A stretch of 62,716 nucleotides of DNA, counting the filler, from Basidiobolus ranarum (Eukaryota), in NCBI GenBank assembly GCA_040143965.1. It is 16 parts of 16 records of this genome, joined end to end, with 100 filler letters (N's around TTAATTAATTAA, not from the genome) between each part and the next. Parts side by side here need not be neighbours in the genome. Positions count along the whole stretch, not along the records: positions 35,374 to 39,196 come from JASJQH010009141.1; positions 39,297 to 43,118 come from JASJQH010009142.1; positions 43,219 to 47,039 come from JASJQH010009143.1; positions 47,140 to 50,960 come from JASJQH010009144.1; 12 more parts are not named here. One strand, written 5' to 3'. The translations under genes were made by a program, and so were the position numbers. A model generated the notes under the pieces. That model saw only the letters and a program-made list of their open reading frames with translations. It had not been told where the DNA came from and did no database searches. Positions 36,363-51,060 of this stretch are shown piece by piece; within the stretch, counting starts at the first letter, position 1, and the number at the start of each line of letters is the position of its first letter.

Positions 36363-37406
36363 TTAGATACAAGCAACTACACCATCTTGCATATGGCAAT
36401 TCGTACCTAATGCACATATTTTTTTGAAAGCTGTAGCTCCTCCATTACCGCAGACTTGGAGATTTGGACCTCCAAGACACTTCTGCTCACATGCAGATGC
36501 GTCTCCAACCTCAGGTGCAGATGGCGTAGGTTCAGGTGTGGCAATAGGGGAATCAGTCTCAGTATTTGACTGAGGTTTCTTGTAAGATCCTCCAGCATTT
36601 GGCTTTGTGGTCGCTGTTTTTGAAGGAGTAGCTGCTGAGCTGGTAGACGATCCTGCTGGTGCGCTGTCACCACTATCTCCACTATCCTCAGTGGTGCTAC
36701 CACTGGAGCAGGAGGTGATAATGGGACGTTTCGCCATTAGATCAGATCCATCATAGCCGCCATTAGTGAACTCGGGGATGGTAGGATAACCAGGAAGATC
36801 AGCAACTAGATTCTTAGGCCCACTAATGCACTTGCCACTTCAGCCTTGGATGGTGTTGTCTGCACAGTTCATATAGTACTCTCGATTGCCTGTTTTGTTG
36901 ATCCAAGTCCAGGCAAATGTCACCTTCCTATTGGACGTGTTCTTGGGAATAGAAACATCGTAATGGCGCGTGGTGATCATGCAGTCACTCATTACTGTCT
37001 TCATCACTACAAATGTCTTCCCTCCGTCAACGAAGAGTGAGAATTGGCAATGGCCACCGTTGTGGTCTGCTCATCCGTCGAGATCAACTCCAACGGTTCC
37101 ACCAGCTTGGTAGGTAGCAATACTAGGACCGGGACCATAACCACGGCAAGGATAAGTTCACTAATTGATAGGAATATAGGTTAATTTGGCCGGTCAGGAT
37201 ATTTAACTATGAAATAGAAAGGGAGTATGTTTTGAAATACTTACCTGTGAATCAAGAGGAGAAGTCATATCGTAATTGATCTGGCCATCCTTGTAGTTAG
37301 GGTTGAACTTGGATTCACGAGGAGCCGGGTTGGTCATTTCCATATGAGCAGCTACCATGGTGCTCAAGGCACAGGCGGTGGTGAGGGTAAATATCTTGAT
37401 GAACAT
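36363..37406 (-). pseudogene. AA11-type lytic polysaccharide monooxygenase with S/T/P linker and CBM19-like module, three in-frame TGA codons; exons 37406-37245 and 37160-36363
   Basis: Signal peptide then His1 (HMEMTNPAPR); HNGGHCQFS; FAWTWINKTGNREYYMNCAD; C-terminal CALGTNC; TGA at 37158-37160, 37071-37073 and 36840-36842. Confidence 0.88.
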
Positions 37407-39093
37407 GCTGAATTTTTCTCAGAAAAAGGTGGGAATTGATTTAAACAAGTTTTCAACCGGTGAAAAGCTTGAAGATAGCGAAAAGCAAAGCATTTCAAAG
37501 GCATTATATAATGAATTTTTTACTACGCTGACATGGATAGCATCCATATACTGACTATTTCTCGTGTATTAACTTTATTTTAGGTATTTAAAAATCTAGT
37601 TACGCCGATTTCAAAAACCGGAATTTTATGTAATATTTGAATTTAATATCTCACCAGAGTTCTTCACGGACGATTTTGGCAGATTTATCTTAATAATATA
37701 AGGATGATTTAGAATTCTGGTTTCAGAATCATTAATAGTAATTACTGAGCTCCAGGGTTCTATCCTCTTAGTGTCGACCCTTCTGGTAGTATACCAGTTT
37801 TGCAAACTCCTAAATAGAGATGTTGTCGATGTGGACAGTCTTTGGGACTATTGATAGCGCATTAGCCACTTTATACTACGCTTAACTACATGAAAACCCT
37901 CACAGATTAGACATTTGGCTATTCACATGTTCCTTTATTGCCTGAAATGTATGTTATAAAAAATCGAACTACGAAAGAGCATTGCGCACATAATGGCAAT
38001 GAAGCAAAAATGACGTTACTTTCATTTATCTCTTAGGCTCGTATCTTTGCACCGTGTGAAATGAATACGTGTAAATATGCATGTACTACTATTTGTTGAC
38101 TATCAGGTAAATCTTGTTTGCTCTTGGTCTGATCATATATATCTTTGAGAAAATAATGTAGTGTTAGAGTTAATCAACATGTTATTTGTATATTTGCATA
38201 AGTACTCCGAGTTTTGAGTAACTTTGGAACTATAAATATACCTTTATAAACCCACAGATCTCTGGAGAATACATATATTATATGGCAGATAATAAAATTG
38301 GATGGTTGAATATATAGTAATAGGTGTAACAGAACAAGTGAACACTTCAACAACTAGTGTCTCTACATGCACTCTAATTGTGAACACTTAATGCATTGCA
38401 AATGGATAACTTTAGTTCACTCTTACCAATTTTCCTCTCAAATCAGTAGCAAGAGATTTATGGAGACACATGAGGAAAACTGCTCAACATATACTATTAC
38501 AACTAGAGCATTCCAATAAAAACATTATATACTATCGAGAACTACTCTAAATGAACAGCATACTGCAAATTTTTGGATGGAGACTCCTTATTAGTATATT
38601 ATGTATACAGCAAAAGCACTCAGTTTTCTCTGTTAGTAGACACGATATCCACCAGCAATTAAGAAATTGGCAACAGTAAAAATCACAATCAATCAGATTA
38701 ATTGGTGAATTGATCTCGATTCCAACATCTGCCAATCCACTACGATTAAGACCGTTATTTCAACATGACTCCATTAATCACACTATATCATGGCTATATA
38801 CCGAATTCATCTTTAAACGTGATCCATCAAGATTGTTCTTATATGTCTGAGTTCATTTTCTCATCTATGAATAGTGCACTAGACCGCTTGCAGCTTGGCA
38901 AACAATACTGATATATTTCTTTACTTTTGACTAGATAATAACTACTAGACACGGCTGCAGTGAACATTTAATAAAGAACATAGACATGTAATATAATGGT
39001 TCAATAGGCAGGCTATATAAGAAGGTGGCATTAAAAAATAATCACTCATTTGATTTCCTTTTGAGGTCTCAGCTATTTGGTGAATATTGATAT

Positions 39094-39196
39094 TGTTAAA
39101 GTATTTGGGAGCCTGTTGGAAGTGGTTTGGAGAATTAGAGAAATTGGTGGTTTTCACTTATTGATTTATTGAGTATTCAGTTGACATTTATAGTTA
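39094..39196 (-). mobile_element. Family-1 LTR 3' end at contig end
   Basis: Near-identical to the reverse complement of 35374-35469. Confidence 0.88.
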
Positions 39197-39296
39197 NNNN
39201 NNNNNNNNNNNNNNNNNNNNNNNNNNNNNNNNNNNNNNNNTTAATTAATTAANNNNNNNNNNNNNNNNNNNNNNNNNNNNNNNNNNNNNNNNNNNN

Positions 39297-41358
<2,062 letters not shown>

Positions 41359-41382
41359 CATGTAATTCTTGCCAATAATCTT

Positions 41383-41675
41383 AACCCTAACCCTCATCTG
41401 AGCAATGCTTTGTTGCGCATGAATCTATATTAGTATGCACAAACTCTTATTAGTGAATATGCAAAGTAATCAAACAATAAACCAATTATTTTATGAGACC
41501 CAATCACGTGCTTGGATTCACGTAATCGAAATTCCAATCATCCAAACCATGAAATCGGCTTAAAATCAAAACTTGACCAAATGGAAGAAATGAAAATCAA
41601 AACTACGTGATTGAAATAGAAATTCGACGCGTTCCAATTTTATGACAAAACACGCGGTTCTGATAAATATATAAA
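41383..41675 (+). promoter_or_regulatory. Histone H2B promoter motifs: AACCCTAACCCT (41383), CCAAT (41482, 41500, 41534), ACGCGT (41627), TATA (41668)
   Basis: Motifs read directly in the 370-bp MSH2-H2B intergenic region; function is inferred. Confidence 0.5.
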
Positions 41676-41728
41676 GGATCAGCTGGGTACCGATTATGGT
41701 CATCAATTTGTAAACATCTAAATACATC

Positions 41729-42070
41729 ATGGCACCTAAAGACGTCCCCAGTACCGAGAAGAAGGAAACCAAGCACAAGAAGGCTTCCCGTAAGGAATCC
41801 TATGCCTCATATATTTACAAGGTATTGAAACAAGTCCACCCCGACACCGGTATCTCCAACAAGGCCATGTCTATCATGAACTCTTTCGTTGTTGATATCT
41901 TCGAACGTGTTGCTGAAGAGGCTTCCAAGCTTGCCGCCTACAATAAGAAGAGTACCATCTCTTCACGCGAAATTCAAACTGCCGTAAGATTGTTGCTTCC
42001 CGGAGAATTGGCCAAGCATGCTGTTTCCGAAGGTACTAAGGCCGTTACCAAATACACTTCCGCCAAATAA
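41729..42070 (+). CDS. HTB1: Histone H2B (113 aa, intronless)
   Basis: [33 protein letters not shown]...[21 protein letters not shown]. Confidence 0.99.
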   Translation: MAPKDVPSTEKKETKHKKASRKESYASYIYKVLKQVHPDTGISNKAMSIMNSFVVDIFERVAEEASKLAAYNKKSTISSREIQTAVRLLLPGELAKHAVSEGTKAVTKYTSAK

Positions 42071-42418
42071 ATCCTTATAGCAACGCCTTCATCAATTTTT
42101 ACTCTGTACGATAATTTAGCTTATTTTGTTAATAAAGAATCTCCTGAAGTGAGCCAATAAAATGTTGCTCATCTTATGTAAGCTTCGGAAAACAAATCAA
42201 ATCAGTTCCATTTTTAGTTATACTTCGATTGGATATGCATATACGCGTACATGTAAAAACTTCATTTGTTATATTATTAGCATCTTTCTTAATTATTGCT
42301 ACATCATTGAATCAATTGGTTATTATATACATGTATATCGCAGCAAAATTTATTCTCATAAATTTCAACAAGTAGGGATATTATATGCGGTATGGTAAAT
42401 AAGTATTGCGAGTCGATT

Positions 42419-42824
42419 TTACTGTTTACCAGATTGTGACTTGATGACTCTCTTAACGATCTTTTGTTCTTCGATAAGAAAAGCACGGACAATACGCTCG
42501 CGAACACACTTACCACAGCGGGAACCACCGTAAGCACGTTGAACAGTCTTTTGACGCTTAGAGATACGGGCATATTCACGAGGGCGAAGAGCGGGGACCT
42601 GAGAAATTCGGTTCATTTAGTTACATGGGTTCAAGTATTAGTCATATATATAGATATCTACGTACACCAGAGAGGGTAGAACCACAGTCACCACAACGAG
42701 GGGCACTACCAGGTTTCTTTTCGTGCAAGTAGGTAAGCTTGCCACCTGGAGTCTTAACAATGCGAACACGGTTAGACTTGGTGTTGTAGGAGAGACGACG
42801 ACGGTAAGTGACACGTTGAGCCAT
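42419..42824 (-). CDS. RPL34: 60S ribosomal protein L34 (eL34); exons 42824-42666 and 42598-42419; probable extra 5'-UTR intron near 42837-42928
   Basis: [18 protein letters not shown]...CGDCG...[29 protein letters not shown]. Confidence 0.98.
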
Positions 42825-43218
42825 TGCGACAGTTACTAAATTCAAGATACTAAGTTAGCTTGTCACATCGACATGGAATTCTAAGTTTGGTGTGATGGAT
42901 GTACACTGTAAATACGAAGATTAGTTACCTCGTTGAAGTTTGTCAACTGGAAGTAGGCGAAAGGGGGAACAATCCTAGATCGTCAGTTCCTTTTTGTACA
43001 TCAATATCACAAATTTTCATGACTTCCTTGCAATCATTGGTTCATCATTGCTCTATCAGATTCACCACAAAAATCGCATTTTATGGTTGGTATTTGGATG
43101 CCTGGATGCAACCCCACANNNNNNNNNNNNNNNNNNNNNNNNNNNNNNNNNNNNNNNNNNNNTTAATTAATTAANNNNNNNNNNNNNNNNNNNNNNNNNN
43201 NNNNNNNNNNNNNNNNNN

Positions 43219-43293
43219 CCCTAAAACTTACTAAGTGAAATAAAGAAAGTGAACCGAAAAGACAACCAGAAAGTGGGCTTGGAAGCAGCCATC
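43219..43293 (+). rRNA. Fragment of mitochondrial/bacterial-type large-subunit rRNA (probable NUMT)
   Basis: CCCTAAAA...CTAAGTG...AGACAACCAG..AGTGGGCTTGGAAGCAGCCATC matches the conserved 23S GTPase-centre region; similarity stops abruptly after 43293. Confidence 0.72.
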
Positions 43294-44253
43294 TTAGGTT
43301 ACATCCAAAATCGTACCCGCTGTAAATCTAAATGTATAGGTTCAATTATGTATGTACAAGAGAGGGCTGTTTTTTTTGGGTGTGACATCAATGCATTTCT
43401 CTCTCACTTTGAAAGCCAGCGCTAGTTTTGATACACAAGTGAGAATGTAACGCAAAAGTGTAACTTGGAATAAATTCAGCAATAAACTAGAGTTGGCTTT
43501 GCAATTGCACAACGTGTGGATTTCTTTGTACCCAAGACAACGCTCTTAAAAAATCCACCCCTCGATCAGTATAATTCGTCTCAGCGTAGGAATTGGGGAC
43601 ATATTTGTTAGCTCAGATTTTAGCATAATTCATTATTGAGTGGGATACCCTTTGTACTGCAAAAGCCGATAATTTCGAGAGATATTCTTACTGCGATACG
43701 CTTATCTTTTAGCCTGGTAATGAGCCGGGACTGAAGTACCACGGTGAAACCCGAGTAAATATATAGAGTAGTGCTGTAAGAAAGTTGAAAATGCAATTGA
43801 AATAAATTTACTTTTAAATTGCTCTTTGTGAATGATAGTTAGACGTTCGTAGTCCACTGATGGGGAGATTTTATGGATAAATGTGTTATTATTTGGGTGT
43901 GATAGTTTTCTAGCTGGTGTCAAGGGAATGCATAGATAATGTCTTTTTGCATATATTTGCGATGCTCACCCCTTGAAAACAAGCATAGACCCCAGGTCCA
44001 TTTAATTGTTCATTCTATGCATCCAGAATAACATGATCTCAGTACAGACACTAAAGAGATATGAAGACCATTCAAACTTGTTCTGTGAAGATATATTCAA
44101 GTACGTTAACGATACTTGGGTGCAAACATCCAGGTTGATTAGCGCTTTCAGCTACTTCTACTATTATCACACAAGAAGCTCTATTTTTTATTCAGCTATT
44201 GTTATTTTTGAGCATGAGTTTTTAGTACAGCAAGTATGATTCTAACTATATCC

Positions 44254-44575
44254 TGTTGAAATTAGCATTGCCTAAACACCTACATAGTCATATATAGCTT
44301 AGTATTTAGTTATCCTATATTGAACTAAGATATCTCCCATTATTCTCAAGAGGAATTTACTTCGAAGTTTGAAGATATATAGATTTAGATAACTTGAGCT
44401 AGAAGCCTCAAATTTGCACACAAGTTCCTAGGACCTTCCTTAACACATTATACATGTTAGTTTATTTGTATCTTGACAAAACTATAAATGTTAACTTTTT
44501 ACTCAATAAAGTAAAAACCAACAATTTCTCTAGTCCCCCAAACCACTTCCAACAGGCTCTCAAAATACTTCAACA
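44254..44575 (+). mobile_element. Solo LTR (family 1) with near-perfect target-site duplication
   Basis: TGTTGAA...TTCAACA flanked by TATCC and TAGCC. Confidence 0.88.
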
Positions 44576-45072
44576 TAGCCAAACTAGAGATAGGATTAGT
44601 TATGTGTATCTAAGTATTTATATGTCCTGGCTAGGTTTTGTGAGGCTATGGATGGTTAGCTACTGATCATTGTTTGCTACTGAATAGTACATATCAAGAG
44701 GATATAGAAATAGGATGACTCAGAGGAAGTTCTACACTAATTGCCTTCGCAGCTAGAACAGCCTTAAATGTGGCAATTCGTAGCTTACTAATATTACAAA
44801 CATTTATTTCCTAGTCAAGGTGATATGGTCACATATGTAGTTGAGAACAAGTATCCATTAGTTTTCCAAGCAGGATCAAAATACTATCAACAGAATATGC
44901 TTGCTTCATATATGATCATGATGGACTTCAGAAAAATTTTTATTTATATTTTTATCTGAAAACAGGCAGAAGCAATAACTGGCTGTACAAACAATAAAAT
45001 GCACCAGTTAAATATAGAAATATGTATGTATATATATACATGGGAATACGGATTATATACCCGGCGCCTAAA

Positions 45073-45243
45073 TCAGTGCTTCTTAAATAATACGGGTGCT
45101 TCAAGAGAGCGACCTCGACGAAGACTTTCATCAGTTGCGAGCTTGTGACCCATGAATGAGAAAGCACCAGTAATGCCAGCACCAATGATGACTAGCAATG
45201 GGAAGAGTTCGGGAGCTTTGCGTGCGTTGCTGAGCAATGACAT
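45073..45243 (-). CDS. 56-aa single-pass membrane microprotein, MLRQ/NDUFA4 (B12D)-like
   Basis: MSLLSNARKAPELFPLLVIIGAGITGAFSFMGHKLATDESLRRGRSLEAPVLFKKH; PEL-x-PL before a hydrophobic helix; TATAAAA about 50 bp upstream; absent from the supplied ORF track. Confidence 0.72.
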   Translation of the reverse strand: MSLLSNARKAPELFPLLVIIGAGITGAFSFMGHKLATDESLRRGRSLEAPVLFKKH

Positions 45244-46614
45244 ACTAAATACTTGATGAGTTGATGGTGATTGTGACCGGGATTCTGCTTTTATATCTCA
45301 TATGTGCTATACATATACACGTATTCACGAATAACGTGAGTTGCTCTTTAACTCGGGCCATCAAAATCACTTCTTGCGGCTGCCCTCAGGTTTCCCAATC
45401 ATATATCTAACACTGTCCAGGATGGAAAGACTTAACCAATTGAATCTTCTTTATCTGTATCATACTGACGTTTATGGCTATTAGTGTACAGCGTTTAAGC
45501 CAAGGAAATGCTTGCCAGATACTTCTGAGCAATCCAGTGGAACATCCACGTCAATAAGTATTTGTACATACATTGCTGACTCGCACATGACTGTTATGCT
45601 ATCCGTTCTTTCGCCAGTCACAAAAAACAATTCAGTTCATGTGACCTCAAGACGAATGAGTGGTGCTGTAAAGTAAGGTGCGCATAGAGATATTGGTCTG
45701 CTTTGATTTGATAGTAAATATGAGATCGATGACCAATAGTTCGAAGCATATATTGAATGCTATCTACATGGGCTTAATGGAATGCGTTCATGTGACTGAG
45801 AATCCATCGTTACTGGCATCAGCAAAACATTTGCTCAGTCCAAAGGTTTTTAAGCCACAATTCATATTTGATGAATCCGCTGCTAGCTTTCTTCGCGTGT
45901 GTTACGTATGCACAGATTCAACACTGCTTGATTCGGCAATTGCCACCCAAGAACAAAGCGAAATCAGCGTAGATAATCATATATTTCTCATGAGCCAGCA
46001 AACAGCGCCGAATGCCCCGAGCAGGTGGTTATTTTAGCCTTCACTCCGCTCCGATTACAGATTCCTCTCATTGTCTCTACATGCACGCGTCTGGATGCTT
46101 CAGGGTCGAAGTGATTATAACTAGTAGCCTTCATTGTCACATGAAGAATTAATACCTCTTTGTTCACAGTGGAAGGGGCCCAAGCTATCTTTGGAGTGAG
46201 TTTCAATTGCAACCTGCTCCAAAGAAAACGGCTATTCATCCCACAGTTTTACTTTAGTAGTCTAAATCATTTCTAAATATAGTAGACAAACGTTTTCAGC
46301 CTAGCCCAAACTGTACTGGGCGTAATTTAGTAAACCTCTCAAGTGCTTTCTAAATAATTTAGATAGTTAACATTGTCATTCAGTACTTCTCTCACTCTAT
46401 ACGTAGCAGGGAAAAGACCAGACAAGTGACGTTTAATTAATGGTGTGTTGGGCAGATGTTAAAGATATTTATGAGCAGTTTTCTAATATCAATCGAGTTA
46501 CGAATAGCAAAAGATTTGGATATGTAGTATCTTAATTACACAAAGAAATAAAACATGATATAAGAATTACGTACAGTGGTTACATAGAGTAAATAACGAA
46601 GATTAGAGGTTTGT

Positions 46615-47039
46615 TCAGCAGTCAATAGGCGAGTTACGTGAAGATTTATCTTTGGACAAGACATGATGGAATCGATGCTGTAAACGCAGAAATAAAGAGA
46701 TTAGAAGTTGGTAAAGGGTATATAAATATCACCAAAGCTTACCTTTACACTTCCAACAAACTTGCTCATACTACCTGAACGATTTACGACTGAACTCTTG
46801 TCATTATGGGAACGTGCGGCCTCGCGAAGCGAAATATTGCTTCGAGATTTTACCAGGCCACGGTTTTCCTTTAAAGGTTTATCCGTAAACAATTCGGAAG
46901 CTTTGCGAAGTAGAGTCTTGGATTTTTGATATACGGAAGTTGGTTCATTGCTGTTTAAGGTGTTACTCGAGTATGATTTGGAAGCGGTTGGCGAAGAGGC
47001 TCGAATTTTAAATTGGCTTTCTTTGTTTAGATACTGTAT
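46615..47039 (-). CDS. 3' end of an unidentified Ser/Lys-rich protein; exons 47039-46743 and 46677-46615
   Basis: Open frame from the contig edge, then a GTAAGC...TTTACAG intron, then a short exon ending in TGA. Confidence 0.6.
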
Positions 47040-47139
47040 NNNNNNNNNNNNNNNNNNNNNNNNNNNNNNNNNNNNNNNNNNNNTTAATTAATTAANNNNN
47101 NNNNNNNNNNNNNNNNNNNNNNNNNNNNNNNNNNNNNNN

Positions 47140-47940
47140 ATTCAGTACTTCTTTAGCTGCTTTTCTTTCTTTTCCAAGTCAATAATTGTGTACATTTTTG
47201 AGATGTTTCAGGAATAGGCCTATACTAGCCCAATTGCCATTTGCTTGCAAAAACCTAGGATAAGCAACATGAAATGAGTCAAGAACCTTCAGAGTAATGC
47301 CCGGTTTTTGGTTTTTCCACAATTGGCTCAAATCCAGGTGATTTTGGGCAAGATTCTGCACAGTTTCCAAAATGTTAAACCACTTATCATCACAGCAAGT
47401 GACAGCTCTGCTGATGTTCAGAGTCTTATGGTTTGCCAGTTTTCCTATGAGATTTCTACTCTCATGCACCCAAGCAATTTTGGGTTGTTGTGTAGTGTTA
47501 ATGTTTCATCACATATTCTGTGCTGCTGGATTGTCACTATGATGTTCATTTATATGCTGTGGGATTGATTGGAATCTCATATGACAAAGGATGGAGAGAG
47601 CATAGTGTTGCTATAGCTCAAACACAGCATTCAAAAGGTCTTGTATCATTACTGTTTGACTTTTCAACTATTAGATAGTTGCTTCGGAATGTTGCATTGG
47701 TTACAATATTACTCAAGTTAGTTTCCGGCATGTTAATGCCTTCCTAAGTGGATGGTGGTGTACTAAACTGCTCATCAATCAAGTCTTCTGTTCCTGCTGT
47801 TTTTTTTACTTTCATTTGGCAGCCTTTTACTTGGAGGCCAATTGTGATCAAGATTTTGAATGCATTGTGAATATCATTTAAATTTTCAGATAATACATTT
47901 TGGCATGATGATATTGTGTGGAAATACCTAATAATTAACC
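47140..47940 (-). mobile_element. CACTA-like second ORF, middle part
   Basis: Left end overlaps the reverse complement of 7872-7965; right end matches 11440-11640 and 30830-31045. Confidence 0.72.
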
Positions 47941-47949
47941 TGATACAAG

Positions 47950-49760
47950 TCTTGAGAGGATTTGGTAGTGTTTTGGACATGATGTGAGTTTGTGAATTTA
48001 GCACTTTAGTTTTATTGAATCAAATATGTTCCATTTATAGTTTACTACAAAACTGAACTATTGGATAAGCAAAGATCATATCAAAAATGCCTGCAAAGCA
48101 TTGGTGAAAATATGAGATGATTTGAACACTTTTGGAGAAATTAGTTAAATTGGTAAAGGTGCTCTAATAGATGTTGCTATCAATTAGAACAATAAAGACA
48201 TGTTTTTGAATGACAGAACTAAATGCAAAATAGTCAGATTGCAAGTAAGTGAACTACTAGATAATGAGTTGCAATTCACCTATTTATAACATTCTCACTC
48301 ATCTAATTATTTTGTATATTTGTTAAACCTAACTTTGTCTAGATAATGCAAATTGTTCTTTAGCTAAAGATTTGGTTGAGGTATCAGAAATCATTTCTTC
48401 ATTAGGGCAATAGACAATTTCAATTACATCATTCTCTGTTCCTTCTCTAACAAAACTATGCCTGATATCTCTATGTTTTCTTCAAGCATTGAATGTAAGA
48501 TTTTGGCTAATAAAGTACAACTTTAATTATCTTCAAATGAAGTAATAGCTTGTTTTTGCCTGTAACCAAAATCTATAAATAACTTCCTTAAACACATAGT
48601 TTGTTGTGTAAAAGCTGAGGTATCCATGTACTCTGTTTCCATAATAGAAAATTCTATGGTTGATTGCTTCTTACTATTCAAAGTTCTGGCTCCATTACCC
48701 TAGAGAAAGGTGTACCCAGTTGTTGATCTTCTATCAGCAAGCTTTCATCCCCAGTCTACATCACTTGAGCCTTCAAAGTTCCATGCATCAGGAGTGCTAA
48801 AGTATTCCAGAACTCAATCTGCATTTCCTTTTAAACACCTGAATATTTGTTTTACTGCAGTTTGTGCTCAGATCCTGGATTTTGAGTTATTGGCTGACAG
48901 TTTCCACTGCCACAGCAATGTCTGGAAGTGCTCAAATCATTCTATATATCAAACTATCCAACATAGACTGATAAGGGAACTCCTGGATTTGATTTGAGTC
49001 ATTTTGGGCCAAATTGGATGAAGCTTGACTTATTTTACATTGGGATCCATTGGTTTTGTTTCAGGCTTGCTATTATCCATATTGATGCACTTAGAAAGTC
49101 TAAGATGTATCTAGACTGATTCAGCATGATTTTCTGATAGGGTTTGTCTCCCTTGATTTGGATTCCAAGAAAATAACCTGTTCCACCCATATCAGACATC
49201 AGAAATTGCCTCAATAAGCAACTTTTTTGTCTGATTAAGTGCTTCTAGATCATTAGTGGCTATGACCAAGCCTTCCACATAGAGTGCCAAGATCAAGGTC
49301 CTCATACTGGTTGTTTTCATATCAATACTGTGATCTACAGTTCATTTTGGAACTCCAGTGATTCCAACTAGATTTCTATCTTGTTGTTCCATCCCTAAGT
49401 GTGTGCTTGAGTATAAATGAAAAAATTATAAGTTTACAGACTATATAAGGGTGTTTTGGGTCAACAAATCTGTCTTGCTGCTCAATATAGGCCTCTTTGT
49501 CTAATTTTTCCATTAAGAAAGGCTATTGTTACAGTCATTAGATATAAAGCCAGGTTATACATGGCTGAGAGTGCCAGAATTTATCTAATGGAACTAAGCT
49601 TACCTACTCATGCAAAAGATTCATTAAAGTCAACCCCTGGCATTGGGTAATAACCTTTTGCAACTAGTCCTACTTGGTATCATTCCATGGTTTATCAGCT
49701 TAGTTTTTGACTTTTGTAGACACATTTGCAAGTTATTGGCTTTCTTCCTGATGATAGAGG
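47950..49760 (-). mobile_element. Decayed copia RT/RNase H with polypurine tract and family-2 LTR (about 47950-48291)
   Basis: Reverse-complement similarity to 14030-15430; LTR begins TGTTATAAATAGG on the minus strand. Confidence 0.82.
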
Positions 49761-49762
49761 AA

Positions 49763-50780
49763 ATTGAGTGCTAAATAATCAGAATATGAATAAACTAACT
49801 ACTAAATAATCAGTTGCTATTTACCCAATTTCAACATTCCCACTCAACTAATTTTTTGTATTTCTCTTGTTTCTAACTTATATCTTTAAATTTCAAATTG
49901 TGCTTTAGCTAAAGGTTTGGTTAGGATGTCAGCAATCATATCTTCTGTAAGGCAATAGAAAAGTTCAAATATATCATTCTCAATTGCTTCTCTAACAAAA
50001 TGATGCCTAATCTGTATATGTTTTGTTCTAGCACAAAATGTTGGGTTTTTAGCTAATGAAGTACAATTTAGATTACCTTCAATACAGTAATAACATATTT
50101 TTTCAGGTATCCTAAGTCTGTAAATGACTACCTTAACCACGTAGCTTCTTGTGTAGCAGCAGAGGCAGACATATACTCATCTTCAGTAGTGGTAAGTGCT
50201 ATGGTTGGTTGCTTTTCACTATTCCAAGTTATGGCTCCATTACAATAGAGAAAAGTGTACGCAGTTGTTGATCTTCTATCATCCAGTTTTCTTCCCCAGT
50301 CTGCATTACTGTAGCCTTCAAACTTTGTGCATCAGGAGTAGCAGAGTATTCCAGAACTAGATCTACAGTTCCACTCAAATACCAGAAAATTTGTTTTACT
50401 GCAGTTGAGTGCTCAGATCCTGTAGTTCTGAGATATTGGCTGACAGTTCCCACTGCCACTGCAATGTGTAAACAGGTTCCAACCATTGTATATATTAAAC
50501 TACCCACCATGGATTGATAAGAGAACTCTTCACTTTGATTTGAGTCATTTGAAGCCATATCAGATGAAATATGATTAAAATCACATTGGGATCCATTGGT
50601 ATTGTAGCAGGTTTGCTATTCTCTGTGTTGAAGCATTTTGGGATACATATGATGTATCTAGAATAATTTAGCATGGTTCTCTGATTGTGTTAATCTCTCT
50701 TGATTTGGATTGCAAGAAACAACTTGATTCACCCAAATCTGTTATCTAAAATTGGTTTGATAAGCTGCACTTTGTTTGAT
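49763..50780 (-). mobile_element. Second decayed copia RT/RNase H with polypurine tract and partial family-2 LTR
   Basis: TKHIQIRHHFVRE, MIADILTKPL; TTAGTTGAGTGGGAA then TGTTGAAATTGGG. Confidence 0.85.
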
Positions 50781-51060
50781 TAATGAAATGATTGGTCAAG
50801 TTTCATGGAATGTTCCAAGGAATCTGACTTCCATATAAGGTAATCTGGATGAACTGACACCAGATTGCCAAGAAGGGATGGCACAGCAGATATGATGTCA
50901 TAATCTAATAATACAGGAGTTGTATTTGTATTGTATCAGTATGCCGAGATCAGAATCATGNNNNNNNNNNNNNNNNNNNNNNNNNNNNNNNNNNNNNNNN
51001 NNNNTTAATTAATTAANNNNNNNNNNNNNNNNNNNNNNNNNNNNNNNNNNNNNNNNNNNN

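Noticed and set aside
36840..37160. Selenocysteine as the meaning of the LPMO TGA codons
   Set aside because: The sites are not Cys positions, I saw no SECIS-like element, and no TCA-anticodon tRNA is present in the window.
33962..37406. Lipase plus LPMO as a cuticle-degradation gene cluster
   Set aside because: They lie on different contigs separated by an artificial linker.
41381..41394. Telomere
   Set aside because: Only two TAACCC units, internal to a gene-dense contig.
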